The position numbers and the translations under genes were made by a program. Below are positions 60,434 to 64,000 of a stretch of DNA of 64,000 nt, piece after piece (the stretch's first letter is position 1; the number at the start of each line of letters is the position of its first letter). The stretch covers positions 448,001 to 512,000 of the forward strand of contig CBDBEV010000001.1 in the NCBI GenBank assembly GCA_965204535.1, read 5' to 3'. Under the pieces are notes generated by a model. It saw nothing but the letters and a program-made list of their open reading frames with translations. It made no database searches and had not been told where the DNA came from. The stretch comes from a bacterium. Lineage in GTDB: Bacteria; UBA8248.

Positions 60434-60713
60434 CCCCCGTTCGTCCCGTTTCGGCCGAAAACCACGTAAGTCATTAAATATCAAATATATAAATTACCAT
60501 TTATTTATCGAAAAACCCGGGAATTATATACTTAAATCCGCATTAGAAATTCAAGAAGTCCGCAGTATCCACAGCATAAATAAAAGAAACACATTCTTAT
60601 TTTTTAGAAAGGAGAAGATATGCGCCCAAAGAAATTATCCAGCATCTTCAGGACTTGACCGTCGAAGGATTACTTACAAGGAATTGACTGAATAACATGG
60701 GATATTAAATGAA

Positions 60714-60884
60714 ATGACGGACAACATCGAACACAGGAAAATAACCAAAGACGAATTTGAAGATGCCGTCAAGCAGATATTATTGTCTCGTCCTGAAAAG
60801 AGAGAATTGCTTGAAAAACGTATGCCGACTCGTGAAGAACTTAAAAAGAAATGGAAGTTGGAAAAGAAAAACAAAAATTCCTAA
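60714..60884 (+). CDS. small hypothetical passenger protein (56 aa)
   Basis: Manual translation: MTDNIEHRKITKDEFEDAVKQILL..PTREELKKKWKL. Confidence 0.55.
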   Translation: MTDNIEHRKITKDEFEDAVKQILLSRPEKRELLEKRMPTREELKKKWKLEKKNKNS

Positions 60885-61144
60885 TTTAATCTATTGTCGT
60901 TTGCACTTCTTGCCGTTTGAATTGAAATTCCTCCCCTTGACACCTTCTAATACCACAATCAAAATACTCCTCGCCAGATAATCCGCAGATCGACCTGTTT
61001 TCGGGTCGCCTGCGAAATAAAAAACCGCACCCTTGCGGGAATACGCGGGAACCCACCGTTAAATCTGTGGATTGTCTGGCAACCGACCCGATCTTGGGAT
61101 CGGGAAAGGTCGGGAATGTGTTTGTTTGCTTGGGGAGAAACAAA

Positions 61145-61534
61145 ATGACAGACGATTTTCTTGATGATGATACAGGTGCTGATATAGTTCCGGCGGAATC
61201 ACAAAAAATGAAAAAACCAAAAAGAAGGGTTGCGACGGCTGAATGTCCTGATTGCCATTATCGTTTTCCGAAACCTGAAATGCACGAATATACCGAATAT
61301 GTAGAATCCGGGCGTTCATCTGGATTTAGTTTTAGTCCACCTAAAAAGGGGAAAGTAAATCCAAGATTTAGTTCTCGTACTTACAGACGGAAAAAGACAT
61401 TTTGGGTTTGTGAGGAATGCCATCAAAAAAGATTGGCAAAGAAAGGGACAGGTTGTTTTGGTTCAGCGACGGCAATAATGCTTGTTTTTTTGGTTGTAGT
61501 TGCGATTGTTATTACTTTAGTTTCATCGGGTTAA
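61145..61534 (+). CDS. zinc-finger (CxxC..CxxC) protein with C-terminal membrane anchor
   Basis: CPDC..CEEC and a hydrophobic C-terminus; GGAG RBS. Confidence 0.7.
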   Translation: MTDDFLDDDTGADIVPAESQKMKKPKRRVATAECPDCHYRFPKPEMHEYTEYVESGRSSGFSFSPPKKGKVNPRFSSRTYRRKKTFWVCEECHQKRLAKKGTGCFGSATAIMLVFLVVVAIVITLVSSG

Positions 61535-61938
61535 AAAAAGTAAAAATTCACTTCATTTATACTGCGGATTTTTGCAGGTTATGATGCGGATTTAAGCATA
61601 TAATTCCCAAATTTATGGGAATTATTTTTTACATTTTTCGGGTTCTGCGCCTCGCCGGAGCGACCACCCGGATCCTTCGATCCGCGCCGCCTCCGCCGCC
61701 TGAAAAACCCCAGGGGCGCATCTTGGGAAACTCGATGACGGCCCGTGCGGCCGTCCGCGCGCGGGCCTTCACGGCGCCCGCATCAAAGGCAAGCGGCATC
61801 CCGCCGCCATCATGGGACGGGATGCCCGGAAAGTCGAATTTCGAGTGAAGCCGCCCCGGCTCGCAGATTTCTCCGGGGGCGCCCGGCTTGTTCCGCTCCC
61901 CGGCGGGAGGGGCGGTTCCCGCTTCTTGCGGGGACGCG

Positions 61939-63261
61939 TCAGCGCACGATGGTCCCGGCGACATCCGGCTTTCGTATCTCGAGGCGATCCTTCATGCAGA
62001 TGTCATGGGCGGCGTTAACGAACACGTGGGTGCCTTTGGTGAGATCATGGACCGATGCGTGCTCTCCCTCCTTCGGGTAGTAGCCCGTGCCGCCGCCGCT
62101 GGCGCGGCCCTGCGGGCCGTAGCAGATCGCCGGAATTCCGGCGCGGGTCAGCGGTGCAGTGTCCGCGTACCAGCCGTCCCAGGTGATCTCGGGGCGCTCG
62201 CCCCAGATGAGGTCGTGCGAGGCGGAGATGCTGCGCACGACGTATTCCTCGGGCGATATTTCGGCCGCGTGCGCCGTCTGGATGACCTGCAGCTCGATCT
62301 CCATGGCGGGGTCCTTATCCCGCAACTGCCGGATCACTTGGCCCACTTCGGCGATGATATCGCCGTGCATCTGGCCAGGCATGATCCCGACTTCCAGATA
62401 GAGCCGACAGAAGCACGGCAGCTTGCTCGCCCGGAACGGATGCCCCCCTTCGATGGCGATGATGTTGACGTTTCCGGCCTGCTCCCCCTTGTAGCGGGTC
62501 CTGCCCAGATAGTCCTCGCCCCAACTCTTGAGGGCGGGTATGGTGTTCAGCATCTTCTCGATGGCGTCTTCGCCGGGCTTGATCTGCACCGTGGAGCCGC
62601 CACGGCTGTAGGTGGCGGCCGGGTTGCCCCGGGTCATGAGTTCCATGAACACGTATCCGCCCGAGGCCACCGAAATCCGGTTGGACGTCGGCTCGGGTAT
62701 GACCACCATGTCGGCGGTGATGCCGTTGTTGACCATGAAGCGGGCGCCGATTCCGCAGCCCCGGTAGCGGGCGCCCTGGTAACGCCCCACCGGCGTGTGG
62801 CAAGTTTCCCCGACGACGCCGGCGATCATCAGGTTGCCGCGCAGCTTCGCCTTGGAGCGGGCCATGGCCTCCACGGCGAGGATGGCCGACGCGTGACCGC
62901 TCTTCATGTTGTAGGTGCCCATGCCGTAGATCCACTCGCCCTCGCGCCAGGATTTCGGCTGGTACCCCGGCCCGAGATCGCGGATGCCCTCTTCGTCGCC
63001 GCCGTAGGTCGTGTCCAGGTGGCCGCAGTACATCAGGGTCGGGCCGTCGCCCGTTCCATCGAGCTGGCCGTAGACGTTGTATCGTTCCGGCTCGACCTCC
63101 TGCATCCAGGTCCGCAGGCCCGCCGCCCGGAAGCGGTCGGCGAGATATTCGGCGAGCGGCTTCTCGCCGCCCTCGGGGCTCGGGATGTCGACCATCTCCA
63201 TGGTCAGCTGGGCGACAGCTTCCTCGTCGACGTATGCCAGTGCGTCTTCGACCATGCTCAT
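61939..63261 (-). CDS. M20 family metallopeptidase/deacylase with atypical metal ligands
   Basis: IPSPEGGE, GHLDT, G.GTYNMKSG, VGET, IPEPT, H. Confidence 0.9.
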   Translation of the reverse strand: MSMVEDALAYVDEEAVAQLTMEMVDIPSPEGGEKPLAEYLADRFRAAGLRTWMQEVEPERYNVYGQLDGTGDGPTLMYCGHLDTTYGGDEEGIRDLGPGYQPKSWREGEWIYGMGTYNMKSGHASAILAVEAMARSKAKLRGNLMIAGVVGETCHTPVGRYQGARYRGCGIGARFMVNNGITADMVVIPEPTSNRISVASGGYVFMELMTRGNPAATYSRGGSTVQIKPGEDAIEKMLNTIPALKSWGEDYLGRTRYKGEQAGNVNIIAIEGGHPFRASKLPCFCRLYLEVGIMPGQMHGDIIAEVGQVIRQLRDKDPAMEIELQVIQTAHAAEISPEEYVVRSISASHDLIWGERPEITWDGWYADTAPLTRAGIPAICYGPQGRASGGGTGYYPKEGEHASVHDLTKGTHVFVNAAHDICMKDRLEIRKPDVAGTIVR

Positions 63262-63362
63262 CGTTCGTCCCTCCTCGGTTCGCGCGATCCATGGCTACAC
63301 GGACGCCCTGGCCTCTCGCGGCGGGCGCCCCGATGGCTATATGCCAGGAAACAATTGTCAGA

Positions 63363-64000
63363 CTACATGCCAAGGTACATCTGGCGAATGTTCGGGTCAA
63401 GCAAAAGCTCCGCCGAGTCTCCCTCGCGACGGTTCCGGCCCATGTCCAGCACGTATCCCCGGTCGGAATTCTCCAGGGCCTTGGCCGAGTTCTGCTCCAC
63501 GACCAGGATGGATACGCCGTCGCGGTGAATCCGCTCGATGCTCTCGAAGATGGTTTCCATCACCGTGGGCGCAAGCCCGATCGTCGGCTCATCGAGCAGA
63601 ATGAGGGTCGGCCTGGTAACCATGGCCATCCCGAAGCTGAGCATTTGCCGCTGGCCGCCGCTGAGGGTCCGGGCCTTGCTGCGCTCTTTTTCCTTCAGGA
63701 CGGGGAACAGGCCGAATACCCCTTCGCGAGAGCGGCGCCGTTCCTCGGCGTCTGTCACCGTCCAGGCGCCGAGGTTGAGATGTTCGCTCACCGTCATCTG
63801 GGGAAAGATATTGCGCCCCTGGGGGCAATACGCGACCCCGTGCTGGATGATCAGGTGCGGCTCGATCCCGGTGATGTCCTCTCCCTCGAGAACGACCTTT
63901 CCGTCCGTCGGCTTCAGATATCCCAGGATGGTCAGCAGAACGGTCGACTTGCCGGCGCCGTTCGGCCCGATGAGGGCGATAGTCTCGCCGCGGCCGACTT
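63363..64000 (-). CDS. branched-chain amino acid ABC transporter ATP-binding protein (LivF-like), 5' partial
   Basis: GPNGAGKST (manual, near 63950), LSGGQRQML, LLDEPTIGLAP, VEQN. Confidence 0.92.
   Translation of the reverse strand, partial: VGRGETIALIGPNGAGKSTVLLTILGYLKPTDGKVVLEGEDITGIEPHLIIQHGVAYCPQGRNIFPQMTVSEHLNLGAWTVTDAEERRRSREGVFGLFPVLKEKERSKARTLSGGQRQMLSFGMAMVTRPTLILLDEPTIGLAPTVMETIFESIERIHRDGVSILVVEQNSAKALENSDRGYVLDMGRNRREGDSAELLLDPNIRQMYLGM

Larger units (their letters stand above)
60519..61608. mobile_element. non-autonomous IS1595-like element with passenger genes
   Basis: 25-bp terminal inverted repeats GGGAATTATATACTTAAATCCGCAT / ATGCGGATTTAAGCATATAATTCCC match 24/25. Transposase tail RRRITYKELTE* at ~60660-60695. 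Low GC. Confidence 0.75.

Overview
A GC-rich bacterial chromosome segment. The gene content (DUF507 pair, single-chain GcvP, selenoproteins, hydantoinases, dense palindromic repeats) suggests, by inference only, a host-associated Nitrospinota/Tectomicrobia-like lineage. The left flank (1-10 kb) holds coaE, two DUF507 genes, WYL and PHP genes, tRNA-Gly and gcvT-gcvH-gcvP plus a lipoate ligase. The right flank (40-64 kb) holds tRNA-Ser/tadA, a creatininase-hydrolase-cyclase-cupin cluster, two UGA-containing peroxiredoxin-like selenoproteins, hflKC, nucleoside hydrolase/ribokinase, hydantoinase A/B and an M20 peptidase. Between them is a ~28-kb decayed integrative island (~12-40 kb) with a Cre/TnpS-like recombinase, an excisionase-like gene and a MobF relaxase remnant. 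The best candidate for an undescribed system is in this island: 7 genes plus 2 orphan 3' fragments encoding small signal-peptide-bearing 6-8-Cys proteins that resemble a single cyanovirin-N repeat. Several lie directly upstream of a TolC / PAS-domain-fused membrane-fusion protein / MacB-type ABC exporter. The island also has a second Cys-rich family, three TbpB-barrel surface proteins, an Lnt, an OM beta-barrel and one promoter cassette reused five times, three times next to a decayed GAF sensor gene. Other notable items are an orphan NrdR-box/DnaA-box promoter with no protein-coding target, a solitary type I-E CRISPR repeat, and non-autonomous IS1- and IS1595-type elements carrying passenger genes. 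All calls come from reading motifs by eye; no database search was run.
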